A stretch of 64,000 nt of DNA from Torpedo marmorata (lineage: Eukaryota): assembly GCA_977017645.1 (NCBI GenBank), contig OZ360241.1, positions 20,336,001 through 20,400,000 of the forward strand, read 5' to 3'. A program made the position numbers and the translations under genes. The notes under the pieces are model-generated. The model saw only the letters and a program-made list of their open reading frames with translations, searched no databases and was not told the DNA's origin. Within the stretch, counting starts at the first letter, position 1, and the number at the start of each line of letters is the position of its first letter. Below, piece by piece: positions 1 to 13,226 of this stretch.

Positions 1-798
1 GAGGAGATTTGGCATGATGTTGGATGCTCTATCAAACCTCTGCAGGTGCACTGTGGAAAGTATACTGACTATTTGCATCACAGCCTGGTTTGGTCATTTG
101 AATGCCCAGGAATGCAGAAGTCTGCAGAAGGTAACAAACATAGCTAGGACCATCACAGCCTCTGACCTCCCATCCATCGTCCACATCTATGTGAGGCAGT
201 GCCTCAAGAAGGAAGTCAACATCATAAAGGACCCCCATCACCCTGGTCACAACCTCTTCTCACTAATTCCTTCGGGCAGAAGGTACAGAAGCCTGAAGAT
301 CAGCACCTCCAGGTTCAAGAACAGTTTCTTTCCAACAGCGATCAGACTCTTGAACCTCCCCTTGTTACATTAATAAGGGACTGCTCCGACACCACAAAAG
401 GACTCTCTGCATTATTGCAAGTAACTTCTATTTTGCATATAACCATATAACAATTACAGCACAGAAACAGGCCAGTTCGGCCCTTCTTGTCCATGCCGAA
501 CACATTCTCCCACCTAGTCCCACTGACCCGCACCCGGCCCATAACCCTCCACACCTCTCTCGTCCATATACCTATCCAACTTTTCCTTAAACATTAAACA
601 TTATGCACTAGGATAACTGTGAAGATTTATTATCCATCTGTCTTCTGTATTTATTGTCTTCTTTAATTCAATTTAGTTTAGTATTATATATCTTTTCTAA
701 AAATACCTGTTTGGCTGCAGCAAATAATAGTTCAGTGCAGATGTATATTTTTCAATGTGTATGACAATAAAAAACATTATTATTATTATTATTATTAT
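1..798 (+). mobile_element. Rex1-type LINE 3' end with (ATT)n tail, interrupted by a CR1 3' fragment (about 438-602, minus)
   Basis: ORF 14..373 (ESILT.CIT.WF, DPHHPGH..F..PSGRRYR). The insert matches 32643-32800. Confidence 0.85.
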
Positions 799-804
799 TT
801 CATA

Positions 805-2210
805 ATTATTGAACCACACAGTAATGTTTACAGGAAGTGTTCACTATAAAACACAGTGATGTTTACTGTATGAGTAACATTTTGAGATTTACTGGGATTC
901 TCCTGTAGAAAGTGCCAATGTTTACAGCATTCTCTATAAATCACATGGTGAAGTTTACAAGGCTGCTTCTGCATAAATCACATGTTTATACAGGCTCTCC
1001 TGTCTAAATCTTCTTCCCTGTATAAAGCAATATCCAGTGTTAGCAGAGACTCTCCTACACAAAGTAATTGTCATTATTTACAGTGACTCCTCTCCACATA
1101 GTGTGTGCCAATGATTAGAGATCTCCCCGCACATGTATCATATCACTATCACATATCTTGTGTAAATCACGTATGTGATTTCAAGACTCCACTGTGTAAC
1201 ATACATGGTGTTTTTAGTGTAATTGCATTGCACTGTTACAGTGACACCCTGGATAAATCACATGCTAATGTTGACAGGATTCTGAGATATTAGTGCAATA
1301 TCAGATTTCTACCCTTTTGGGACTGTTTACACACACTCCTCTCTTTTAAACACTTGGCAGGTATTCATAGAGGCTCCTCTGCATAAATTACAAGGGACTG
1401 TTTACAGGCACTTCCCTGGAGAAGTAATTCCTTATTTTTTAAAGCCATTTCTCTGCATAAATCACATAGTGATGTTTCCTGTGACTCCCATGTATAAATC
1501 ATATGGTGTTGTTGACATAGACTCTACTGCATAAATTACACGCCAGTGTTCACAGACTGCGCTGTGTAAATTACACACCTATGTTCACAGAAACTACACG
1601 GTGTAAATTACACGCCAGTGTTCACAGACTGCACTGTGTAAATTAAACACCTATGTTCACAGAGACTACACGGTGTAAATTACACGCCAGTGTTCACAGA
1701 CTGCGCTGTGTAAATTACACACCTATGTTCACAGAAACTACACGGTGTAAATTACACGCCAGTGTTCACAGACTGCGCTGTGTAAATTACACACCTATGT
1801 TCACAGAGACTACACGGTGTAAATTACACGCCAGTGTTCACAGACTGCGCTGTGTAAATTACACACCTATGTTCACAGAGACTACACGGTGTAAATTACA
1901 CGCCAGTGTTCACAGACTGCGCTGTGTAAATTACACACCTATGTTCACAGAGACTACATGGTGTAAATTACACGCCAGTGTTCACAGACTGCGCTGTGTA
2001 AATTACACACCTATGTTCACAGAGACTACACGGTGTAAATTACACGCCAGTGTTCACAGACTGCGCTGTGTAAATTACACACCTATGTTCACAGAGACTA
2101 CACGGTGTAAATTACACGCCAGTGTTCACAGAGACTAAACTAAAGTTAGAGTTTACAAGAGCTTCTCTGTATGAATCCCGTTAATGTTTATAGGGACTCT
2201 TGTATAAATA
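805..2210. repeat. Old degenerate ~36-37-bp minisatellite surrounding the 72-bp array
   Basis: Recurring TAAATCACA..GTGATGTTTACAG..ACTCT..TG motif at about 36-nt spacing (e.g. near 845, 935, 972, 1383, 1457, 1494, 2170). Confidence 0.7.
1532..2137. repeat. 72-bp tandem repeat (about 8.4 copies), each unit a dimer of 35- and 37-bp subunits
   Basis: Unit GTAAATTACACGCCAGTGTTCACAGACTGCGCTGT+GTAAATTACACACCTATGTTCACAGAGACTACACGGT; copies are nearly identical. Confidence 0.95.
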
Positions 2211-2899
2211 ATTGCCCATAACATGAGCAACATTAGCTGTATTTGCCAGTTGTGCCCAGCTCTGGAAAACCTTTTGCACAACATTTTGTAAGATTTGTAG
2301 TTTCCCCTGTGTCTCAGAATTATGCCACCTTTACCATCTAAATGATTTGATGTGCCATGTTATCCCAAATTATCCTCTACCAGCCATATTTATCCACACT
2401 CACTTAACCAATTTATATCCCTCTGTCACCTTCTTATTACAATCTACTTTTCCACTGATCATTGAGTCATGTGTAAAGTTTGCAACTGTCCCTTCTCTGC
2501 CTTTCTCCAAGTGATTCACGTTAATGATGAAAGTTGAGTCCCCAGCCCCAATCTCTGCAGCACACCACTTGTCTCATCTTGCCAACCCGAAAAACACCTA
2601 TTTATGCCGTGTTTCCGGATAGCAGCCAAACTCTATCCACATCAATACGTTACCTTCTACACTGTGAAATTTTATTTTCTGTAATAACCTTTGATGCGGC
2701 GGGTTATCAAATATCTGCTGGAAATCTTAGTACGTCCACTGCACAAGTTCTTGCCTTCAAAGGATTTGAATCAATTGAAAAGCATGATTTTACTTTCACA
2801 AAACCATGTTGGCTCAGCCTGATTACCTTGAATTTGTCCAAGTACCCCTACAATAATGTCTTTACTTCTAGCTTTGCAGATTCTCCATATGACGTGCTT

Positions 2900-3503
2900 T
2901 TGGCATGTTGGCCTTCATAAATCAAAGTAGGATTTGGGATGTTATGGTAAAGTTGTATAAGACATTAGTAAGGCCAAATTTGGAGTATTGTGTGCCGTTT
3001 TGGTTACCTAACTGTGGGAAAGATATCAATAAGATTTAAAAAGTGCAGAGAAGATTTACAAGGATGTTGCTGGGACTTGAGGAACTGAGTTACAAGGGAA
3101 GGTTAAACAGGTTAGGACTTATTCCCTGGATCGACAGAGAATGAGGGGAGATTTGATAAAGGTATATAAAATTATGAGCAGTGTAGATAGAGTAAATGCA
3201 GGCAGACTTTTTCCACTGAGTTTAGAACTAAATGGCATGGGTTAAGGGTGAAAGGTGAAATGTTTAAATGTTTAAAGATAACATTAGGGGGAACTTCTTC
3301 ACGCAGAGAGCAGTGAGAGTGTGGAACTAGTTGCTAACTTAAGTGGTGAATACGGGCTCGATTTTGACATTTAAGAAAAACTTGGATAGGGAGGTCTAAG
3401 CTCTGGGTGCAGGTCAATGGGACGAGGCAGAATAAAAGTTCGGCACAGACTAGATAGGCCAAAGGGCCTGTTTCTATGCTGTAGTGTTCTATGGTTCTAT
3501 GGA
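2900..3503 (+). mobile_element. CR1 3' fragment nested in an older minus-strand CR1 (about 2280-3900)
   Basis: [13 protein letters not shown]-like sequence and a (TTCTATGG)n tail. Similar CR1 pieces lie at about 11207-11910, 14535-15130, 17310-17785, 26100-26440, 26690-27450, 42535-42730, 48190-48450 and 56340-57085. Confidence 0.8.
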
Positions 3504-5987
3504 CAGAGGATAATGTAACTGACTAGTAGTGCCTTGCTTCCTGTCTCTCATTTTTTTTGAATAAAGGGAGTAAAAGGGAATATTTGCAGTTTTCCTACCT
3601 TATAAAACCACTCGAAATCCAGGAAGTTTTGGAAAATTCAAACCAATGCATTGATAACCTCACAAGTCAATAAGGGTCAACATGAAATCCTTCAGAACAC
3701 AAAGATATTCTCCAACACTTTTCCTCAGTATAGTGTCCATGGTGATTGTAATTTTGCCAAGTTCCTCCCTCCTATCCAGTCCCTGATGAACAGCTATTTC
3801 TAGAATGTTACTTATTACGTATCCTCTGTTGTGAAAATTGTGCAAAGTACGTAACATACCAGTTTAATTCACCTGCCCGTTCCCTGATTTCTGTTATTAA
3901 TTTCCCACATACACTTTCCATAAGTATAATGCTTTTTAAAATAAAAATGAAAAATACTGGAAACATTCAGCAGGTCAAATAACATATTTGAAAGAGAGAA
4001 AGAGAGAAGTTTTTTTTTAACTCTTTCCCAGTTCTAATGAAGGGTCTTGGACCTGGAATGTGAATTGTTTCCCTCTTCACAGATGCTGCCTGACCTGCTG
4101 AGTTTTTCCAACATTTTTTGTTTTATATCTTAGAATTCCAGCATCTGAAGATTTTTAATTTTCACTCATGCTTTTAACATTCTTCTGTTTTTATTTAAAT
4201 ATCTGTACAAACATTTACTGTCTGGAAACCTTTTGCTCTGTTTTATTCCCCATTAATCTTTTAGTCCTTTTTTTTGCTGTGTTTTATAGCTTCTAACCCT
4301 CTGACTTGTTTAATCATCTTTGTTTAATCATATAATTTTCTGTAAGTTTGATACTCTTAATTAATTACTTTTTAACTATTAATTAACAGTGGGTCTTTGG
4401 ATTTTTAACTTTATCATCGGAAAATATTTATGGTATTCTATGTTTTCTGAAAGGTTCCCTTAAGTGCCTGGCACTGCTTTTCAAATCACCCATCTTGTTA
4501 ATATTAAATAATATTTAAATATTATTAAATGTGAAAATGAATGGAATTTTCTTTATTATGCTCTTTGAATGTTTGAATGAAGTATAATTTGAAATAAAAC
4601 AAAACTAATTGGAATACACTGTTCCTGTCCCTCATCCACGCTTCCTTTGCCTGCCTGATTCTTACCTGTTATCGCTGGACATTTCTGACAAGCTCCCCTT
4701 CATTGCTTAGACCACTATATTTGCAGCGGCTCCCTTGCTTAGAGAGTGAATGATGTTTGCAAATACACCTTTGTATAAGGCACATGGCATGATGATATGA
4801 TGATATTTACAGGATCTCACGTGTATGCCGATGTTTGCAAATCCTTCCGCTGCCCCTCCCCCACCCGAATAAATGGGGGTAAACATGAGAGAGTGCAGAT
4901 GCTGTAAAACTGGAGCAACATGCAAAACGCTGGAGGAACTCAACAGGTCAGGCAGCATCCATGGAAGGCAAAAGATAGTCGAGGTTTGGGCCATAACGTT
5001 GACTGTCTATTACTTTCTACGGATGGTGCCTGACCCGTTGAGTTCCTCCAGCATTTTGTGTGGTGTTCCCCCAAAATAAACCATATGATTGCAGGGACCC
5101 CTGTGCATGAATTGAATAATGTTTATAAGGACCCCAGACCCCTCCTCCTTGCATGTCACAGGATTATATTTACCCCCACTTCATATATCACATAAAGGAC
5201 CACCTGCTCTAACCTCTATAATTGCCTGGCAACATAACTGTTTAACATCTAGAGAGCAATGCCTCATACGCCAGGTTGTTGTTCATTAACTTCAGCTCAG
5301 CATGCAACACGATCATACCTCAGAGGCTGGTGGATAAACTGTCCTCGCTAGGACTAAACTCCACTCTCTGCAACTGGATTCCGGACTTCTTGACCGAAAG
5401 ACCCCAGTCAGTCTGGGTTGGCAGCAAAACCTCAAGCCCAATCACGCTGAGCACTGGTGCACCTCCCCCCACCCGAATCTCGCTCAGCACGCTACTATTC
5501 ACGCTGCTGACTCACAACTGCACTGCCAGATTCAGTTCAAACTGAATCATCAAGTTTGTGGATGATACAACAGTAGTTGGCCTCATCGGCAACAATAATA
5601 AGTTGGCTTGCAGAGATGAGGTTGGGAGGCTGGTAAAATGGTGCGAGAACAACAACCTGATTCTCAACGTGGACAAGACAAAGGAGATGATTGTGGACTT
5701 CAGAAAGATGAAGGTTGACCATTCTCCATTCCACATCAATGGTTCCCATTGTGGAGAGAGTGGAGAGCTCAAAGTTCCTTGGTAGGCATATAATGGACGA
5801 CCCACAACACCTCCTCATTAGTCAGGAAGTTTAAGATCAAGTTTATTATTATCATACGATTGTATCAGTACAACTGGACAAAACAGCATTTGGTGTAAAA
5901 ACATGCCAACAGTATATAGATATAGCACATATATTACAAACAGTTCATGTGCAGTACATATATACATATATAAAAATAAATAAATAT

Positions 5988-6680
5988 TGCTATGGACCAT
6001 GACTGACCATTTGGACTGCGGACGGTCAGCAGGAAGGATAAAGTCTTCTGAGTACTCACTGGGACCAGGTACTGAAAGAGTTAACTTGCCCAGGGCTGGC
6101 TGTGCTCAGAAAGAGAGACAGAGAGAGAGAGAGACCGGCTGTGGAAAGATACTTTGTTGCACTTTTGCAAAAGCAGGTGCAAACCTCTGCAAAAAGCATT
6201 CAATTTGGAGTTGCAAAAGGCTGAAGCAACAACATCAGAAACAGGCTTGTGCATTCCACTAGAAAGACTGGGAAAATAGCACAGGGCCTCTTGTATCAGC
6301 AAAATCCTGATATAAAGCAACTTTCGTGGAGAACAGGCGTGAGATCAGCGAGACAGGCTGTGAGATCCAAGTACACGCCTCAATCAGTGGTATACTGATT
6401 TGGAACCGCAACCCTCATGCACCTACCAAAAGGGAAAGCCATCGGAAGAAAAGCAGGCCAAGCATTCGTAAGGTTAAACAGTCATTGTCTCTCTCTCCAA
6501 CGTTCATTAAGAGGTCCTTCGTGCCGGCGCACAGAGCTGAATTTGGACCCTGAACATAGAGAGTGATTTTTGTGGACTGTATTTTTGGGACTGACTTATT
6601 TTTACGACTGACCTGGGGTTTTGGGGAAGGTTTTCTATTTTTTTTCTTGAGGGTTGGGCACAGACTGTAATGGTCTGGGC

Positions 6681-6754
<74 letters not shown>

Positions 6755-6897
6755 TTAGATAAGAATAGTGTTTATAGACGTTTATAGTGGAGTTAATTGT
6801 TAAGAAATTATATATTTAATTGTCTTAATAAATATAAATTTCCATTTTACCCCTTTTGCATTGCGTCTTCTGTCATTGCTGGTTTGAATTTGTAACA
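5988..6897 (+). mobile_element. Solo LTR of the same Gypsy family
   Basis: TG(C)TA...TAACA ends with a 4-bp TSD ATAT (5984-5987 and 6898-6901). Homologous along its length to 49705-50621. Inserted in a LINE 3' UTR. Confidence 0.9.
6683..6750. repeat. (CA)34 microsatellite inside the solo LTR
   Basis: Read directly from the sequence. Confidence 0.97.
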
Positions 6898-8969
6898 ATA
6901 TTGTTAAATAAATAGTAGAGTCTCGGAGGGATTTTATGAGCAGTTCATCAGTCATTCAGCAGTCTCACTGCCCGTGGGAAGAAGCTGTTTCTCAGCCTGG
7001 TGGTTCTGGCTCTGATACTTCTGTATCTCTTTGCCGACGGAACTAGCTGGAAGGTGCTGTGTGCGGGGCTGTAGGGGTCCTTCACAATTTTGTGAGCCCT
7101 CTTAGTCAACAATCCCGGTATGTCACATCGATAGGGGAGGAGGGAGACCCCAGTGATTCTCTCGGCTACTCTTATGGTTCTGAGGATTGACCTCTGATCC
7201 AATGCTCTGCAGCAACCATACCAGATTGTGATGCAGCCGGCCAGGACGCTCTCGATAAAGCTCCTGTAGAAAGTTGACAGGATGGTGGCTGCTAGCCTTG
7301 CCCGCCTCAGTCTTCTCAGGAAGTGCAGTCACTGTTGTGCCTTCCTGACAAGTGAGGAGATGTTGTGTATCCAGGATAGGTCACTAGTTAAGTGGACTCA
7401 GAGGAATGATGTTCTCTACTCTCTCCACTACCGATCTATTAATATGTAGTGGAGGGTGGATGACCCTGGTCCTCCTGAAGTCCACAATCATCTCCTTGTC
7501 TTGTCCACCTACATGTTCTACACTACACCACATAGCGCCTACACTTCAGAAGGAGGTCGAGGAGGGCAAGGCTACCGGCCCCCATCTTGACAACTTTCTA
7601 AGGAGCACAATTGAGAGTGTCCTGTCTGGCTGCTTCATTGTGTGGGACGGTAGCTGCAAAGCATCGGACCAGAAGTTAATACAGAGGATCATTAAAATAG
7701 CTGAGATGATCTCTGGGGTCTCCCTTTCCTCTATTGATGACATTTACCGGGAACATTGCTTAAATAGGGCCCTTTCCATCCAGCACACAGTATCTTTGAC
7801 CCACTACCATCAGGAAGGAGGTACAGGAGCATCAAAATCAGGACAGCCTTCTTACCGCAGGCTGTGAGATTGATAAATAGTATCCTGTAACTAAGTAAAT
7901 CAATCCAAGAGATTTATATCTATTTATTTTAAATTATATCTTTATGTATCTATGTGATTATTATGGGCTGTTTATTGTGTGTGTCTGTGTGTGCACCGTG
8001 GTCCGGAGAAATGCTGTTTCTTCTGGTTGTATATGTATAGTCAGATGATAATAAACTTGAACTTGAACTTATAGGGACCCCATCTTCCTCCAGCTGTATC
8101 TGTCACATGGTAGTGCTAACAGTGACACTCCCCCCTCCCCCACTTGACATGTAGAAGCAACATGGAGGCAGGAGCTGTGGGGTGTTGCCAAGAGATGGTG
8201 ACTTCTTTTGCTGTGGGTTCACCTCCCACACAGCGACTTGTGACTGTATTGTTCACCCTGATCACAGTGGAGTTGACCACACTTGTTTGAAGGGAGTTGA
8301 AGGGAGCTTTTGTCAGACAGTGACTGCAGTATATTGCATGGAACAATCAGGTTCAATAGGAATCCCTAGAATTCCTTCCAGTGACCCTGCAGTCACTTGG
8401 ATTGGGGCGGTGATAAGTCAGAACAGACTGTTTGGTTTGGCTTCCCGCAGAACAGCTGGAGAAAGGGTTTCACTGGGACCGATTGAGCAAACCGTGAAAA
8501 TATAGTTTGTTTTCATAGGATAGCGTAGCGCTTTGTGCAGTCAAGACTGGAGCTCGTCACAGAGGGGGCCTTGAATCCTTGGCCAGTCAGCAATGAGAGA
8601 GATACCTGACCCAGCCAGAAGTGACGAGCATGCTAGGATCCAGAGCCATGTGTGGCCCGGTGACCTTCTGAGGCTGAGCTTGCTCGCTGGTTGTTTTGGA
8701 TGGTCTGCGCTGGCAAGTGGAGGAGCAGAGTCAGGATCTGCTGACTCGTCCACCAACAAGACTGTCTGGGATCACAACTGAGCAATAAGAGAAAGAGACA
8801 CCAGTTAATTAGCTCTGGCAACGAGCTGATGGTGTCCCAAAGCACTTTGCAGTCGTTGAGGTACTTCTGTCGGATATGAATGCGGTAGGCAACCTGCACA
8901 CAAAAACTCCCACACTGTGAATAGACAGGTGATCGAGCTTAGTGATGGTGGCTGAGAGGTAGATATTGA

Positions 8970-9200
8970 GGGCCGCACGGTTAGCGTAGTGGTTAGCACA
9001 ACACTATCACAATGCCATCGACCCGGGTTCGAATCCAGCACTGTCTGTAAGAGGTTTGTACGATCTTTCCTTTGAGTTCTCCGGTTTCCTTCCGTCCTCC
9101 AAAGACATACGGAGTTTGTAGGTTAATTGATGTATTTGGGCAGTGCTGGCTCATGGGCCGGAAAGGCCTGTTACCATGCTGTATGCCTAAATTTTAAAAA
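8970..9200 (+). mobile_element. HE1-like tRNA/V-SINE
   Basis: A/B boxes (TAGCGTAGTGGTTAG, GGTTCGAATCC), V-domain and CR1-like tail GGCCTGTTACCATGCTGTA. Confidence 0.85.
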
Positions 9201-9917
9201 ATAATAAATTAAAAAATTAAAAATATCGGCAAAACGGGATTTTTCTCCATCAATTAATGGTTTATATCTGGGATACGACCTACATCCACATTCAAGACAC
9301 TGCCACTCAGCTAAGACCACCATTGCTAATGCCACGAATTGCCAGGGTGGAGCTAGTGTCCGTGGAAACCATCCGTTAACAAGAAGCCGATATCTTCAGA
9401 AAGGCAGCAGAAGGGAGAGTGGGATGTGGAGAAACGTTATAGGAGGTCAGAAGGCTGTCGTTGAGCTATCCTGGAGTCCGCAGGGTATATCTGTAACTGT
9501 GGTGGTCTGAATTAGTGAGCGGAGTGGCCTCGATGTGTCTAGAAGCCCAAGGATAAGCCATCTGCAACCTGTTGCGCAGACCAGACCAGAGTATCCAGTG
9601 TCAGAGGAAGTCCTTTGATTTCCAGACTCAGCTGCATCCCATTAGAGCCTCCACACGGGGAGAGGCGATTTTTCTCATTCCAGACCCACCAGCAGCAGAC
9701 TGCTGTTGATGACCCTGTCGGGACAGACGCAGGCCTGGAGCTTTCCCAGGATCTGGTCGTGCTCTAAGCGTGGACCACCACATCAACTGGGCAGCAAGCC
9801 AAGACATCTTCCACTTCTAAGTTCAGAAATAAGCTCCATCCTGATAATTTAGCTGGTACACTGTGTCACACAAGACGTATCATTCCAACTGCTTACATTA
9901 CCTTCGGTTCTTTTCAG

Positions 9918-10288
9918 TCCCTGCGAGGCACTGGACAATTTGGAGAAATTATATCACTTCATGCCTTCTGAACCACTCGTGAGGACGTCCAGTCATGCTC
10001 TGTCAGCAAGAGCTGCCCATTAATCTTGCTACCTTGTGAACCTTTCCCTGCAGGTCAAGACAAAGGCTTCAGTGGAGTTCCCGTGCAAGGACCACAGGAG
10101 TTGTTTTTCATTGGTGCAGCCCTCTGCTTCCACAATGTCTTGGCACTGTGACCATGGAGCTGAACATCCTCAAGGATCTGTGACCCTTCCTTCGCTGCCT
10201 CGCCTCACACCTGCTCTGCCACCTATTGAGTCTGATCTTGCCCCTAATGCCTCAGAGGTTGCTCCCTCCTGTTGCCCTGCACGAGCAG
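9918..10288 (+). CDS. Candidate exon pair of an unidentified gene (9918-9978 and 10054-10288)
   Basis: Polypyrimidine+CAG acceptors, GTGAGG and GTGGGC donors, open and phase-compatible: PCEALDNLEKLYHFMPSEPL|VKTKASVEFPCKDHRSC... No homology recognised. Confidence 0.3.
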
Positions 10289-10724
10289 GTGGGCGATGAA
10301 TCGTGACGAAGATCAGAACTAAAAGTTGGAGTCGGCCATTGGGCGCCTCGTACCTACTCCACCAGCCAATAAAATCACAGCTGGTCTTTTACCGCAGCAC
10401 GCACCAGCGCCATATACCTTGATCTCCTCAGGAAGTATCCATCTGTCTCAAATATATTGAACAATTCAATCTCCATTGGCCTCCTGGGTAGAGAATTCAC
10501 AACTCACTAGTCCACATGCGAATAAATTTCCTCTTGTTTCAGTCCCAATCAGTCATCTCCTTGTTTTGGGATTGTGATGCCAGGGAATACAGCATCTCTG
10601 CAGCTAAGGATGACAGTATGATAATGAAATTATTGCCAAATATACAAGTACAGCATACAAATTCACTGAAATTCTTACTTGCTGCAGCCACACAGGTACG
10701 TAAAATACACCAACTGCAATAGTA

Positions 10725-11205
10725 CACGGTTGGCGTAGCGATTAGTGCAACGCCGTTACAGCGCCAGTGATCGGGACCGGGGTTTGAATCCCGTGCCGTC
10801 CGTAAGGAGTTTGTACGTTCTCCCCGTGTCTGCGTGGGTTTCCTCCTGAGGCTCCGGTTTCCTCCCACCGTTTGAAACATACCAGAAAGTGTAGGTTAAT
10901 TGAGTGTAATTGGGCAGCATGTGTTCGTGGGCTGAAAGGGCCTGTTACCATGCTGTATGTCTAAATAAATTTATAAATTAAAGGGCAGCACATTTAGTGT
11001 AGCGGATAGCACACACTATCACAGCGCCAGCAACCGGGGTTCGAATTCGCTGCTGTCTGCAAGGGCTTTGTACTTTCTCCCCTTGACATGTGTGGATTTC
11101 CTCTGGGTACTCCATTTTCCTCCCACCCTCCAAAACGTAAGGTGTTTATAGGTTAATTGGTGTATTTGAGTGGCATGGGCTCATGGGCTGGAAGGGCCTG
11201 TTACT
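10725..11205 (+). mobile_element. Two tandem HE1-like SINE copies (about 10725-10970 and 10983-11205)
   Basis: Each copy has a tRNA head, V-domain and tail; they differ as subfamily variants. Confidence 0.85.
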
Positions 11206-11911
11206 GGTATGATCACATTAATGGGGCTGTATTATAGACCACCCAATGGTCAGCAAGAATTGGAGGAGTAAATCTGCAGGGAGCTAGCAGACAGCTGCAG
11301 GAAACATAAAGTTGTGATAGTAGGTGATTTTAACTTTCCACATATTGACTGGGACTCCCATACTGTAAAAGGGCTTGATGGGTTAGAGCTTGTCAAATGT
11401 GTTCAAGAAAGTTTTATAAATCAATATATTGAGGTACCAACTAGAGAGAGTGCAATACTAGATCCTCTATTAGGGAACGAGACAGGACAGGTGACAGGGG
11501 AACATTTTTGGTGATCATAATGCAATTAGTTTCAAGATAATTATGGATAAGGATAGATCTGATCCTTGGATTAAGATTCTAAAGTGGAGAAAGGCCAATT
11601 TTGATGAAATGCGAAAGGATCTAGGAAGCTTGGATTGGGCTAGGTTGTTTTCGGGCAAGGATGTGCTCGGTAAGTGAAAGGCCTTCAAATGTGAAATTCT
11701 GAGAGAACAGAGTTTGTATGTTTCTGTTAAGGATTAAAGGCAAAATTAACAGGCAACCTTGGTTTTCGAGGGATATTGGGGATCTGGTTAAGAAGAAGAG
11801 AGATGTGTGTAGCAGGTATGGGCAACAAGAAGCAAATGAGGTACTCAAGGAGTATAAAAAATGCAGGAATAAAATTAAGAGGGAAATAAAGAAGGTGAGA
11901 AGAAGACATTT

Positions 11912-12105
11912 TAAAAAAAAATTAGACATACAGCATGGTAACAGGCCATTTCGGCCCACGAGTCCGTGCCTCCCAATTTACACCCAATTAACCTACACCC
12001 CCGGTACGTTTTGTACGGTGGGAGGAAAATGGAGCCCCGGGGAAAACCCACGCAGACACGGGGAGAATGTACCAACTCCTTACAGACAGTGCGGGATTCG
12101 ACCCC
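11912..12105 (-). mobile_element. HE1-like SINE, 5'-truncated
   Basis: V-domain and tail on the minus strand. Confidence 0.8.
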
Positions 12106-12527
12106 ACCCTTTTTGGCCCAAAAATCGCATATTTTCCGTATGACCCGTGTAAAAGTTGACCCTCCTATTTTTGGCCCCGACCGCTTGCCCATCCGAGCTC
12201 CCGATGCCCCAACCGCGGATCCTCGGCCACCCGACCACCGGAGCCCCCGATGCCCTGACCACGGACCCTCGCCCCGGCCGCCCGCCCACCAGAGCTCCCG
12301 GCGCCCTGGCCATAGACTCTCTCCTAGGCCCCGGCCGCTCGCCCATCCAAGCTCCCGACACCCTGAACACGGACTTACCACCTGGTCCCGGCCATCCGAG
12401 CTCCCGATGCCTTGAATGACCAAGGTACTTACCGCGGTCAAAAGTATGACCAGTGTAAAAGCGACCCCCTCAAATTTGACCCACAAAATTGGTCCAGAAA
12501 ACTCAACTATTACACTAGTATATATGG
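12100..12527. mobile_element. Left-truncated mariner/pogo-type MITE with GC-rich internal repeats
   Basis: Right end ..TTACACTAGTATATATGG|TA resembles TA|CCGTATATACTCG-type TIRs. Subterminal GTGTAAAAG..GACCC repeats; internal CCCGGCCG..CCGAGCTCCC units. Confidence 0.55.
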
Positions 12528-13226
12528 TACTCCAAATGGGGCTTCACCAACGTTTTATACAACTGCAACATGACCACCCATCCTCCTCTTTCTCCATCTC
12601 TTTTCTGTGCTGAAGATCAGGGGGCAGGGGCTGTGTCCCCATCCCTGCCACAGCATGGAGAACAACATAAACGGAGTGTGAGTCTCTCACTGGATTGCAA
12701 CATAGGGCATTTTGAATGCTAACTGAAGTGAAAGATTTAAATATTTTCATGGTATTTTCCAGTGATCTGCAAGCATTCCCCCTCATAAATTCGATAGATG
12801 ATGCTATAGCTTTATCCCTTCACTCCACCCTGACCAACCTGGAGAATGACGCCTCATATGCTATGCCGCTGTTCATTGACTTCAACTCGCTCCTGTTCAC
12901 GCTACTGACCCATGACTGCATCGCCAGATCCAGCTCCAACATCAAGTTTGCAGATGACACAACAGTAGTTGGCCTCATCAGCAACATCAATGAGTCGCAC
13001 TACAGAGGTGGAAAATCTCGTGAAATGGTGTGAGAGTAACAACCTGAGTATCAACGTGGACAAGGCAAAGGAGATGCTCGTGGACTTCAGGAGGACCAGG
13101 AATGATCACCCTCCACTACACATCAACAGCTTTGTAGTAGAGAAAGTAGAGAGCACCAAGTTCCTTGGAGTTTACTTAACTAGTGACCTATCGGGGACAC
13201 TCAACATCTCCTCACTTGTCATGAAA

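Larger units (their letters stand above)
5255..8070. mobile_element. Cluster of Rex1-type LINE fragments (5255-5830 +, 5835-7510 -, 7520-8070 +)
   Basis: RT fragments FINFSSA.NTIIP, DDTTVVG and ESVL.GC, plus typical 3' UTR tails. Confidence 0.8.

Noticed and set aside
1532-2137. CRISPR-like repeat/spacer array
   Set aside because: The apparent spacers are themselves identical repeats, there are no cas genes, and the context is eukaryotic. It is a tandem higher-order repeat.
1653-2138. 161-aa repetitive ORF (MFTETTRCKLHASVHRLRCVNYTP)n as a real protein
   Set aside because: It is open only because the stop-free unit length (72) is a multiple of 3. No splice or promoter support.
8970-9050. tRNA genes at the SINE heads (also about 10730, 13350, 35450 and 46380)
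   Set aside because: They run straight into the V-domain and CR1-like tail and lack a clean cloverleaf. They are SINE heads.
11911-12486. Pro/Arg- and Gly-rich ORFs of 149-191 aa
   Set aside because: They span a SINE and the GC-rich internal repeats of a MITE.
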